Part shown: piece after piece, positions 1-8,765 of the stretch
Numbering within the stretch: position 1 is the first letter of the stretch
Layout of the letters: each line of letters starts with the position of its first letter
NCBI GenBank assembly: GCA_050012755.1
Contig: JBEKGO010000036.1
Coordinates: forward strand, 1 to 30,626
Direction: 5' to 3'
Length of the DNA: 30,626 bases
Origin: Candidatus Bathyarchaeia archaeon
GTDB lineage: Archaea > Thermoproteota > Bathyarchaeia > Bathyarchaeales > Bathycorpusculaceae
The notes under the pieces: model-generated
The model's input: only the letters and a program-made list of their open reading frames with translations
Databases searched by the model: none
Told to the model about the DNA's origin: nothing
Position numbers and translations under genes: made by a program

Positions 1-1929
1 TCAGGAATTGTCGTTTCAACGGGAAAAAACACTGAATTTGGATCAATATCAAAAAGCCTCTCAAGAGCTCATCCCGAAACGGAGTTCCAAAAAGGAATCA
101 AACAATATGGGAATTTACTTCTCTCATTAACCATTGCACTTGCCGTCAGCATATTCGCCATAGGTATAGTTTTGGGTAAACCAATTATAGATTCTCTCTT
201 GTTTGCACTTGCAGTAGCTATAGGCCTAGTTCCAGAACTAATGCCCGCCATCGTCACAATAAGTCTCTCGCAAGGTGCGAGAAACATGGCGAAGGCAAAG
301 GTCATAGTGAAACGGCTAGTTTCAATCGAAGACTTCGGTAACATGAACGTTCTCTGCACTGACAAAACTGGAACGCTAACAGACGGAAAAATCTGCCTGA
401 AAGAGTATTCTTCAATAGACCAAGAAAAAAATCCGCAGGTGCTTGAATATTCTCTGATTTGCAATTCAGCGGTCGTAGGCGAAAAAATATCAGGAAACCC
501 AATGGATGTTGCCATTTGGGAATACGCGAAGGCAAATGCGGTTGAAGAAAAGCTGAAATTATACAGCAAGGTTGACGAGATTCCCTTTGACTATCAAAGA
601 CGAATGATGTCGGTCGTGGTCAAGTATGACGGTAATTTCGTATTCATAACAAAAGGTGCTCCAGAGTCAGTTCTCTCCAAGTGTAAATACGCCAAAGTCG
701 ACGGAAAAGATGAACCCATAGACACAGTACTTACATCTATGACTGACAAGTTTGTAAAACTTTCAGAGTTAGGGTATAGAGTTCTCGCAATCGCTTGCAA
801 GGATGTTGAACCAAAAAACTGTTATTCGTTAGAGGATGAGGCTGATCTGACATTTCTTGGCTTTCTCACATTCACCGACCCTCCAAAGAGCGATGCGCAT
901 CAAGCTATTGAAAAAATGAGAGGAATGGGCGTCGATGTTAAGATTCTAACCGGGGATAACGAGCTTGTTGCAAGGAAGATCTGCGACGACATTAAGGTCA
1001 CAGTTAAGAAAATAGTTTCAGGGTCCGAGCTTAGTCAAATGAGCTTTGATCAAATCAAGGTTGCAGTAGAAGACGCCACGGTGTTTGCTAGGATCACGCC
1101 AGAGCAAAAACTCGACATAATCAAGGCTCTAAAGGCGAATAAACATACTGTCGGTTTCATGGGAGATGGAGTAAACGATGCCCCGGCACTTTATGAGGCT
1201 GATGTAGGAATTTCCGTTGACACAGCAGTCGACGTGTCCAAGGATGCCGCAGATATCGTCCTTTTGGAAAAGGATCTGCTTGTTTTGTCAGACGGCATTG
1301 GCGAAGGGCGTAAAATATTCGGAAACACCATAAAGTATGTGTTGATGGGCACCAGTTCCAACTTTGGTAACATGTTCAGTGCAGCGGCCGCGTTCGTTTT
1401 TCTCCCATTCTTACCCATGCTTCCTATGCAAATTCTGTTCATGAACCTGCTCTATGACATTTCGAACATGACGCTGCCAACAGACAACGTTGATGAAGAA
1501 TATACCAAGTGGCCAAAGAAATGGGACATCAATTTTGTACGAAAATTCACTCTATTCTTTGGTCCTTTTAGCTCGCTTTACGACTTCCTCACGTTTGGCA
1601 TCATGCTTTTCATTTTCGGTGCTTCCCCCGCTCTTTTTCAAAGCGGATGGTTCATAGAGTCATTCTGGACAGAAGTACTCGTAATATTCGTAATCAGAAC
1701 CAGACGGGTTCCATTCTTCAAAAGTCGCCCAGGAAAATGGCTAAGCTTACTAGTAATCATTCTTGTCGCATTCGGAACAATAGTTCCCTTCACGCCTCTA
1801 GGAAGTTTTCTCGGATTCGCCACCACAATGCCACTTGAGTACTGGGGACTGTTGGTGCTGATGGTTGCAACTTATTTATTGCTCGTAGACGCAGGAAAGG
1901 TGTTCTTCTATAAAATCTGCAAATTCTAA
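1..1929 (+). CDS. mgtA: Mg2+-transporting P-type ATPase (type IIIB), 5' end outside the window
   Basis: Frame is open from base 1 (SGIVVSTGKNTEFG...). Motifs DKTGTLT, KGAPE, TGDN and GDGVND are present, plus MgtA-type GLVPELMP, SSNFGNMFS and NLLYD. Confidence 0.9.
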   Translation, partial: SGIVVSTGKNTEFGSISKSLSRAHPETEFQKGIKQYGNLLLSLTIALAVSIFAIGIVLGKPIIDSLLFALAVAIGLVPELMPAIVTISLSQGARNMAKAKVIVKRLVSIEDFGNMNVLCTDKTGTLTDGKICLKEYSSIDQEKNPQVLEYSLICNSAVVGEKISGNPMDVAIWEYAKANAVEEKLKLYSKVDEIPFDYQRRMMSVVVKYDGNFVFITKGAPESVLSKCKYAKVDGKDEPIDTVLTSMTDKFVKLSELGYRVLAIACKDVEPKNCYSLEDEADLTFLGFLTFTDPPKSDAHQAIEKMRGMGVDVKILTGDNELVARKICDDIKVTVKKIVSGSELSQMSFDQIKVAVEDATVFARITPEQKLDIIKALKANKHTVGFMGDGVNDAPALYEADVGISVDTAVDVSKDAADIVLLEKDLLVLSDGIGEGRKIFGNTIKYVLMGTSSNFGNMFSAAAAFVFLPFLPMLPMQILFMNLLYDISNMTLPTDNVDEEYTKWPKKWDINFVRKFTLFFGPFSSLYDFLTFGIMLFIFGASPALFQSGWFIESFWTEVLVIFVIRTRRVPFFKSRPGKWLSLLVIILVAFGTIVPFTPLGSFLGFATTMPLEYWGLLVLMVATYLLLVDAGKVFFYKICKF

Positions 1930-1937
1930 GGAGGAAA

Positions 1938-2252
1938 ATGAAAGTGCTATATAGTGATCTATTCAGCTGGTGGATCTACAGCATCAGCTTCAGCATCGCG
2001 TTTCTTGTAGTGATAAGCATCTACCTCTATGCGAACAGGTGCAAAAAAGAAAAGAAGACAACTGCACTTACGCACTCAAAGAATTTTGCCTTTGTATGGG
2101 TTCTTGTAAGTTTGCTGTTCTTCTACATCTTTTCAATTAAGATCACTTCTGCCCTAGTTTTTGCCGCCGGCAACATTGTGGTTGAAGTTATCCTGATAAC
2201 GTACCTTCTCAAGAACGGGAAAAAAGAACCCGAAGAAACAGACTATCGGTAA
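1938..2252 (+). CDS. Small three-TM membrane protein, probably co-transcribed with mgtA
   Basis: GGAGG SD between the mgtA stop and the ATG; three hydrophobic segments. Confidence 0.75.
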   Translation: MKVLYSDLFSWWIYSISFSIAFLVVISIYLYANRCKKEKKTTALTHSKNFAFVWVLVSLLFFYIFSIKITSALVFAAGNIVVEVILITYLLKNGKKEPEETDYR

Positions 2253-2364
2253 CAATTACGCACATGCCCCTTCTAATCGAAGTATCAAAACCATAAAAGA
2301 AGACTGCCCGAGAAATCCTAAGCTGGTACCATTCAATTACAGAATAAAAGGTTTGAAGCAGAGT

Positions 2365-2473
2365 TGGTGCTCCGGCCGGGATTTGGACCCGGGTCCGCGA
2401 CTCGAGAGGCCGCTATACATAGTCCCTTAATAAGAAATCTTAGTAAGGTTTGACCGGACTATACTACCGGAGC
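2365..2473 (-). tRNA. tRNA-Glu(CTC) with encoded CCA and a 31-nt D-loop intron
   Basis: Spliced sequence GCTCCGG TA GTAT AGTCCGGTCAA^GTAT A GCGGC CT CTC GA GTCGC GGAC CCGGG TCCAAAT CCCGG CCGGAGC ACCA folds as a cloverleaf. Confidence 0.93.
2419..2449 (-). other. Non-canonical tRNA intron (about position 21/22) with bulge-helix-bulge motif
   Basis: Central helix GGTC/GACT with 3-nt bulges AA^A and AT^G; intron hairpin CCTTA...TAAGG. Confidence 0.85.
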
Positions 2474-2599
2474 ATTCGCAAAAAGGTAAGTTCTAACAAA
2501 TAAATATCTTTTTATGGCTTAAAGCCTCAAATGCGAATTCGAAAGTAAAAACTTATACATTATTACGGCTAATGTGCTGTAGCGTGGTGAACAATTAAT

Positions 2600-2893
2600 T
2601 TGATGACGCTTGATGAAACAAAACGGCAACTACAAGAACTAAAACCTGTTCTCAAGAGCAAATATAATGTGGAAACAATAGCCATTTTCGGTTCATACGC
2701 CAGAAGTGGGCAAACAGCAGAAAGCGACATTGACCTTCTAATTACTTACTCAGAAGCACCTGACATTGTAGGTGTAAACAAAATTAAAAGATTTCTTAGA
2801 AGAAAACTAGGCACAAAAGTCGACATAGTTTCAAAAAAATACGTAAATCCGCTAATAAAAGAAAAAGTTCTGAAAGAAGCCATACCAGTATGA
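2600..2893 (+). CDS. Minimal nucleotidyltransferase (MNT) antitoxin
   Basis: GSYARSGQTAESDID fits the GSx10DxD motif; KVDIVS; 97 aa; ATGA overlap with a HEPN gene. Confidence 0.9.
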   Translation: MMTLDETKRQLQELKPVLKSKYNVETIAIFGSYARSGQTAESDIDLLITYSEAPDIVGVNKIKRFLRRKLGTKVDIVSKKYVNPLIKEKVLKEAIPV

Positions 2894-3255
2894 AGAAACA
2901 ACGTGATTCTTCAGATTAACAACTTTACCTCCAAGAAATCGTTTTCCACAGCAAAATAATCGAAGAATACGCAAAAGGAATGACGCTTGACCAGTTCATT
3001 CATGATCGAAAAACTGTAGACGCAGTTGATTCTAACCTTCGAAATATCGGTGAAGCCATGAATGTCTTGGCAAAAATACCTGAAATAAAATTGAAATTTT
3101 ATGAATATCGTGTACCTTGGCAGGATCTAGCAGGTTTGCGCCATTTTCTTTCACATGAATATTTCAGCAGAGACCCAGAAATTATTTGGAAAAACGCAAC
3201 TTCGCTTTTACCAAGAATTATCCCTCAAATCAAAAAAATACTAAATGAGAGCTAA
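2890..3255 (+). pseudogene. DUF86/HepT-type HEPN toxin with an in-frame TAA at codon 10
   Basis: ATG at 2890 overlaps the MNT stop and reads MKKQRDSSD*QLYLQEI..., in frame with the 2980 ORF. The RHFLSHEY (Rx4HxY) site is intact. Confidence 0.8.
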
Positions 3256-3288
3256 ATAAGTCATGGATAGGCCTCTTTCTTTGAATCC

Positions 3289-3642
3289 TTAAGTCTCCTC
3301 GTCTACGTTTAAGAACATCTTTATAGTCACCATGATTTCTTCCAACCCCTTCTGCGTTAGAGGCGGATCATACGGGATTCGAAGTACATCCCAGCCTTGA
3401 GCTTCCAGAAGCTCGTCAATTTCACTATCGCGTGCTAGCTGTTTGTCCTTGCGATGAACGGGATTGCCATCTAGATAAACGATTTTTCGTTTTTCAGCCC
3501 AGCAAAAGTCTGGAACTGTAGATCTTAGGATAATTGGTTTTTGTGTTATCATGCCGCTGGTTAATCCAACCATGCTTAATGTTTGGAAAACAGCCATTTC
3601 AGCGTTGCTGACTCTAGGATGCATGTTTGCTTTGTAGCTCAA
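3289..3642 (-). CDS. DUF559/Vsr-like PD-(D/E)xK endonuclease
   Basis: VPDF...IVYLDGNPVH...RD...L...GWDVLRI pattern. Confidence 0.8.
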   Translation of the reverse strand: MSYKANMHPRVSNAEMAVFQTLSMVGLTSGMITQKPIILRSTVPDFCWAEKRKIVYLDGNPVHRKDKQLARDSEIDELLEAQGWDVLRIPYDPPLTQKGLEEIMVTIKMFLNVDEET

Positions 3643-3800
3643 TTTCGGTCCACTGCCTCTAAGGCATGTTTAGACCCTTTTTAAAGAGTTGTTGAAACTA
3701 CCTCACAGAGCAGGGGAGGGCTCGGTGAAAGTGAAAAAAGAAGAATAAGTTGCAGTTGCCTATTACCCCTAAAAAATCTAATAAAAAATTAAAAGTTAAT

Positions 3801-3957
3801 GCAAGCAGTAACCAAAAGTAGGCTTGGCAGATCGCTCCTGTTAACGCAAGGCGCGAATCAAAATAGAGACCTAAATTGTCAGGTTCGGCAATTCGTGCCT
3901 CGGCTTAACCGCTGACCCGCCAAGCATGGGTGTACCTCTTGGATGGCTATTTCTCGC
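3801..3957 (-). ncRNA. Candidate ~157-nt rod-shaped non-coding RNA of unknown family
   Basis: Eight nested helices pair the 5' half with the 3' half and include nine G-U pairs that form only on the minus strand. TTTATA at 3985-3980 lies upstream and T-tracts lie directly downstream. Confidence 0.65.
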
Positions 3958-4816
3958 AAAATAACAAGACTTTGCCGAGTATAAATGGAATTGTGGTTGT
4001 GTGTCATCAACAACAAGCGCTTGGAGTGCACTAATTTGATTGAAAGAATAACTTCAACTAAAATTTTCTTGACTGGGTCAAACTCTAAACAAACTCTAAC
4101 CTAAACAAAAGCGAAAGATTACTGACCTAGCTCTAACAACAATAAAACAAGCTTACCAACTAAACCTAATAACTAACTTAACTTTAAAACCAGTACTCTA
4201 ACGCCAACTTAAATTACTCCACCAATGTACAAATAAAAAAAGAAATGAATACTTTGGATGGATAATTAGCCTTTTAGGAAATCTACAAAGCCATAATTTA
4301 GGCTATGTGTGTGATATTTTTGTCCATCCTTCCAAACTTCAACCAGTTTTCACAGCTGTAAAATTTAATCAGCTGTAATTAATTTATCAGCCGTTGCACT
4401 TGCTACATCTGTAAAAACTCATTTCCGTGAGTCATTATTTCCCTAAATGACGCATACGAAAAATTCTTCTTTTTTCTTATGGGGTCTATTTGCACCCCGA
4501 AAAAACGAAAAGAAGTCTGAAAACAAAACTAAAAGCAAAATTTGGTTTAATTGAGTTTGAATTGAAAGTTAAATACACGTCAGAATGAAAACCGCTGTTG
4601 CAAATGCAACAAGCAAACAATCCCCTTTTCTTTTTTCCATTATCACTGGGTGATAATGTTGTTTTACAACAGTGTTGTAATGTCAGTTAATTATTCAATT
4701 CCCAATTTATAGCACTTAAATAATATTAAGCGCAAGTTAACAAAATCGCAAGAGCAAAAACTAAAAGCTTTCTGAAATGATATTACGTCAGTTCTAAAGA
4801 AGGTGGAGCATACAAA

Positions 4817-5424
4817 ATGATTGACTTTTTCCAAAATGCATGTGAAGAAGAAAAGCTGACTATTAGACTCTCGCAAGAGAATTTTTCAGGGAAAGAGCTA
4901 AAACCTGAAAATAAAATTGTGACAGCCTTCCTTGCCTATAGGTTCTTGATAGCATCAAAATGTGTGTTCAACATCGGCATATCGGGATATTATTACGAGG
5001 CACAAATTTTAATGAGAAGTATGAATGAGACCGTTATCTATTGCCTTTCTTTCCAGCTATCTAACGATTGTGCGAGAAAGTGGCTTACTAATGGGCTGAA
5101 ACTTCGAGAAGCTAAACAAGTCATCAAGAACAGTTCTATAAAAATCTCTACAGAGGCGTACACCTACTTTGCGATTACGTTCACTCTAACCAACCAGCAA
5201 TAGCGAGGACTTTGGGCTTTCGAGAAAATCTTGAAATAGAATCTCCGACTGGACCACGATTCATGGAGAAAGGTTATGGATTGTTTAGGGAGTTTCGAGC
5301 TTTAAATCTGGGATTGCTGGAAGTATTGGCTGCTATTTTCGCTAACGATTTGGAAAAAAAGACTAAAGACACCCTTATAGCTTTCATATCGGAAGAGAAA
5401 AAAGAGATTCAGAACAAGTCTTAA
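4817..5424 (+). pseudogene. DUF5677-like protein split by a frameshift near 5168-5170
   Basis: AQILMRSMNE in the first ORF. A -1 shift at TACTTTGCG restores Y-F/L-CDYVHSNQPAIARTLGFRE and joins the 5212-5424 ORF. Confidence 0.6.
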
Positions 5425-5434
5425 AGAAATGAAG

Positions 5435-6382
5435 TTATTTCAAATCTTTATTTTTCATTTTTTCTTCAAAGGCTATTCCGATTTGCATGGAAATCTGGGA
5501 AAAGAGACTTAAAGACTCGATTAAGTATTCCATAGAAACTTTCAAGACTTCGTTGCCACCTTTGTATCCTGTTTTTTGTCTATAGAGCTTGTTTGGAATA
5601 CCCAAGTTATGAATGATGACATTTCGCCTGTAGAACCGCTCTTTAAAATTATGCCAATCAAAAGCTTTGGAAATATCTATTCCGAGTCTTCTCTTCGTGA
5701 ACGCCTGTATTTCTTCGATATCTTCATCCTTAAATTTTGAAATGTCTATAGAGAATTTCTTTTTGAAATACTCACGTATTACTTCTATATCCTCGTTGAC
5801 AATCATTGTTTCTTTTTCAATAATTCCCTCTTTAATCGCATTCATATCATTAAATTTCAGTAATTCTTCATAGTTTAGGTTCTTCTGACAAGTTTTAAGG
5901 GTCTCAGGCTTTTTTCTAAAAGAAATAGTGAGAACATTTTGGAGAAAATTTTCAAAAACTGCAATCAAATAAACCAAACTCATATCCCGAACAAGGTGAG
6001 AACCTTGCATCAGGTTGATACTTTCTTGCATATTTTTAAGAAATTTCTTATTTGTATTAAACTGAATTAATGGGTTTTTATAAGTACTAATTCTTCTCTT
6101 TTCATTGATTCTTTTGAAATTTTCGATAAGATTTTTTAGCCCTATACCATTTTCAGCCCACAGTTCAACATCTATTCGCTTATCCTCAGCCTCTACAAAT
6201 TTTAGAAATTCGTCATTTGTCCATTTAATAAGCCTTAACTCAGAGTCGAAGATAAAAAATGACCAAAGGTATTCGTCCTCTTCACTTACTATATCCACGT
6301 CTTTAACGTTATCATTGTCAACTTGAGCACTCATTTTAGTCGAATTTCTATATTGAATCATTGTACTTTTTAGCTTTTTCAT
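5435..6382 (-). CDS. HEPN-domain protein (RiboL-PSP/MAE_28990-like), putative RNase
   Basis: LVYLIAVFENFL helix and RRNVIIHN (Rx4H) motif; AT-rich. The true start may be the Met of MSAQVD. Confidence 0.65.
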   Translation of the reverse strand: MKKLKSTMIQYRNSTKMSAQVDNDNVKDVDIVSEEDEYLWSFFIFDSELRLIKWTNDEFLKFVEAEDKRIDVELWAENGIGLKNLIENFKRINEKRRISTYKNPLIQFNTNKKFLKNMQESINLMQGSHLVRDMSLVYLIAVFENFLQNVLTISFRKKPETLKTCQKNLNYEELLKFNDMNAIKEGIIEKETMIVNEDIEVIREYFKKKFSIDISKFKDEDIEEIQAFTKRRLGIDISKAFDWHNFKERFYRRNVIIHNLGIPNKLYRQKTGYKGGNEVLKVSMEYLIESLSLFSQISMQIGIAFEEKMKNKDLK

Positions 6383-6469
6383 GATGCAAAAGATGAAAGC
6401 TGAAATGGAAATTAGTTCAGATTCACAAGTCTTAAAACATAAACGAACTGATATTATATTGGTAGTAAA

Positions 6470-6781
6470 ATGTCTGGAACACGACAGTTAGGAATTGCCT
6501 TAATTGTTTTTGGTGCACTTCTTTTGATTGGTGCAGGTTTTGCATACACATACCAAGAAACAACAACTCAAGTTTATTATCAAGGGCTTTATCTTAACGG
6601 TCAACAAATTGTACCGCCTATGTCTCGTGACATAACGACAACGCCATATAGAGATGATAGCACTGGTTTAGTTCTTGGAGCGGTTGCCTTGTTTGTTGTA
6701 GGCTTTGCTCTCCTTGTTTATAAATCACAAAATGCTCCAGCGCCACCAGAGGAACCACAACCGAGTTTCAAATTAACCTAA
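6470..6781 (+). CDS. Two-TM membrane protein, unknown function
   Basis: Two hydrophobic helices around a polar loop; Pro-rich tail. Confidence 0.75.
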   Translation: MSGTRQLGIALIVFGALLLIGAGFAYTYQETTTQVYYQGLYLNGQQIVPPMSRDITTTPYRDDSTGLVLGAVALFVVGFALLVYKSQNAPAPPEEPQPSFKLT

Positions 6782-6939
6782 ATGTAAAAGGCACGATTTT
6801 TATTTTTTTGGGCGAATTTTTTTTCTAAAGCCCTAAAATAAAATTGCCCTGATTTATAGAATAAGCGGAGTGTGGCTTATTTTGGCTAATCAGGTCTGTA
6901 TTTAGGTAGGGGAGTTGTTTTGGAGTTATTCTGCAAATT

Positions 6940-6958
6940 GCGGAGCACTTAGCTCCGC
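6940..6958. repeat. Perfect GC-rich inverted repeat downstream of terL
   Basis: GCGGAGC-ACTTA-GCTCCGC. Confidence 0.6.
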
Positions 6959-7087
6959 TTTGCCTAACTAATTATCGAAATTTTTCGTACAAACTCGCTC
7001 AAATTTGGTTTTTCGGTCTCCTTAGCAATGGAAATTTTACAATGCCTGTTCTCTTCTAAAGCAGATTTTGGATATTAGATGGCTGAT

Positions 7088-8383
7088 TTAGCCAAAACTT
7101 GCCTTAACGAAGAAAGGGTGGTCAAATATGTTGACTTTTCTCCTTGTTTCCTCATGTTCAACGAAGAATGCCATTCTTCCTGGCGGTGGGCTGCGTTTTA
7201 GTTGCCATGCAGCTAATGCTAAAGCTATTACGCAGTCGTCATGATAGCCTTCTGGTGCTCCATACTGCAAGTTTCCGCTTGGTGTTGTTTTGTAACCGTA
7301 AAGTTTGAGTTCATTGATTAATTCAGGAATCGGTGGTATAGTGATCTGTTGGTTTTCAATCATTATGCTTAGGTTCTCGATTAAGTCTTTTTTTGTGGCG
7401 TTTGTGAATTTGTAGCCTTCAACCTGGATATTTTCTCTGTGGAGTTCATCGCAGATTGGGTCTCCGACACCTGTGCTATCAATTAGTAAGCGGGCGTTGT
7501 ACTGCTGGGCTAGTTGGACTGTGCGTTTGCGCTGGAAAACCCAATCTATCTGGTTGAACCTGTCAAAAGCACACAGATGCCCATCCAGATCCAGAACGGC
7601 AAGCACTGTGAAGTCCTCAAGCTTTGCCAGATCACTGCCCATAACATATTGCTTATGAGGGTCAGGCAGTTCGAGGGTGCCTTTGACTATGCGGTTTACA
7701 CCTCTGAAGACTGAGCCAACGTCTTCAAGAAACTCAGCTAAAACTTCTTGGCGGTAAGCGAGTTCGGGCATGTCACGGGCGAAAGAGGCAATCTCAGCAG
7801 GATCCAGATACGGATTGTTACTGCTTAGGAAGCTCCAGCTTTTGTAGTCGGTTTGCGATGGGTCTTGCCCTCGAGTCCAGAGTTGAAAATACCAGTTATG
7901 TCCTCTTGGCGTGCCTGTGAAGATGGCGATGCCTTTTTCATCCATCAGTGAAGGCCTAAGCGCCATAGTCCAGGCTTCTTCAGCAATCTGTGCACCCTCA
8001 TCAAGCCAGAGAACCTTTACGCCTTGGCTTCTTAGCGAATCAGGATTATCCGCACTCTTAAACCAGACATGGCGCTTTCCTTTGAGGATGACATGCCGAT
8101 CAGCACGATGGATTTCCTCTATTAATTCAGGTGGGCAAAAGTTGAAGAATTCGCTCCACTGGCGCTGAGTGTGCCAATAAGTCGGGGCAACAGCAAATCC
8201 TACAATGCCAATTTTTTCTTTGCCTTCGCCTTGCCGCCAAATTTGCCTTATGAACTCGTTAGCGCCTGCAACGGTTTTTCCCCAGCGACGTCCACAGTTG
8301 AGCACTCGAAACCTTGCTGGATGAAAGTGAAATTCAACTTGTCCAGGATGGGGCTTGTACTTAATTACCGCTGTTTTGTGCAG
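7088..8383 (-). CDS. terL: Terminase large subunit (probable CTG start at 8383)
   Basis: YKPHPGQ adenine-binding motif, Walker A GRRWGKT, Walker B LWLDE, coupling motif TGTP, and RNase H-like nuclease motifs MGSDLA, IDSTGVG and HDDCVIALALA. Confidence 0.92.
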   Translation of the reverse strand: MHKTAVIKYKPHPGQVEFHFHPARFRVLNCGRRWGKTVAGANEFIRQIWRQGEGKEKIGIVGFAVAPTYWHTQRQWSEFFNFCPPELIEEIHRADRHVILKGKRHVWFKSADNPDSLRSQGVKVLWLDEGAQIAEEAWTMALRPSLMDEKGIAIFTGTPRGHNWYFQLWTRGQDPSQTDYKSWSFLSSNNPYLDPAEIASFARDMPELAYRQEVLAEFLEDVGSVFRGVNRIVKGTLELPDPHKQYVMGSDLAKLEDFTVLAVLDLDGHLCAFDRFNQIDWVFQRKRTVQLAQQYNARLLIDSTGVGDPICDELHRENIQVEGYKFTNATKKDLIENLSIMIENQQITIPPIPELINELKLYGYKTTPSGNLQYGAPEGYHDDCVIALALAAWQLKRSPPPGRMAFFVEHEETRRKVNIFDHPFFVKASFG

Positions 8384-8765
8384 CTTTGGGATCCTCCCAT
8401 TTTATGTGTATTTCTTCAGGTTCTGCCTCATCTTGGATTTTAACGCCAGACATCTCAGCTAGGTCACAATTTATTTGACGCATTAGATTCAACGCTGTTA
8501 TGCGAGCCATGTCAGTTTTTGCCTGCATATATGTGACTACAGCTTTGCGGTACAGCTGCTCGTGTCTGTTACGAACTTTGAGCAGTGTCTTTTTCATCTC
8601 TTGAAGTTGAGGCTGCCAACGGCTCCGAATTTCAAAATCCTTGTATATAGCACGCTCAGTTACCCCGTATTTTGCGCTTAATTCCTTTACAATTTCACAA
8701 GGTTCCAGACCGTTTCCTTCGAGCTTTAACATTTCTAAACGTCTTTCAAACGTTGTCGTGTCCAT
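8361..8765 (-). CDS. Putative terminase small subunit (HTH plus helical region)
   Basis: Directly upstream of and overlapping terL; HTH-like EIVKELSAKYGVTERAIYKDF; GGTGA SD; C-terminal IHIKW strand. Confidence 0.7.
   Translation of the reverse strand: MDTTTFERRLEMLKLEGNGLEPCEIVKELSAKYGVTERAIYKDFEIRSRWQPQLQEMKKTLLKVRNRHEQLYRKAVVTYMQAKTDMARITALNLMRQINCDLAEMSGVKIQDEAEPEEIHIKWEDPKAAQNSGN

Noticed and set aside
3822-3925. 5S rRNA, suggested by GCTTGGCGG...GCCAAGC ends and a CCGAAC word
   Set aside because: The interior folds as one unbranched rod rather than the three-way 5S structure, the other conserved 5S loops are missing, and pairing extends beyond these ends.
3871-3927. 18-codon minus-strand ORF (MLGGSAVKPRHELPNLTI) after GAGGT
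   Set aside because: Very short, buried in the paired region and without coding support; not excluded but not called.
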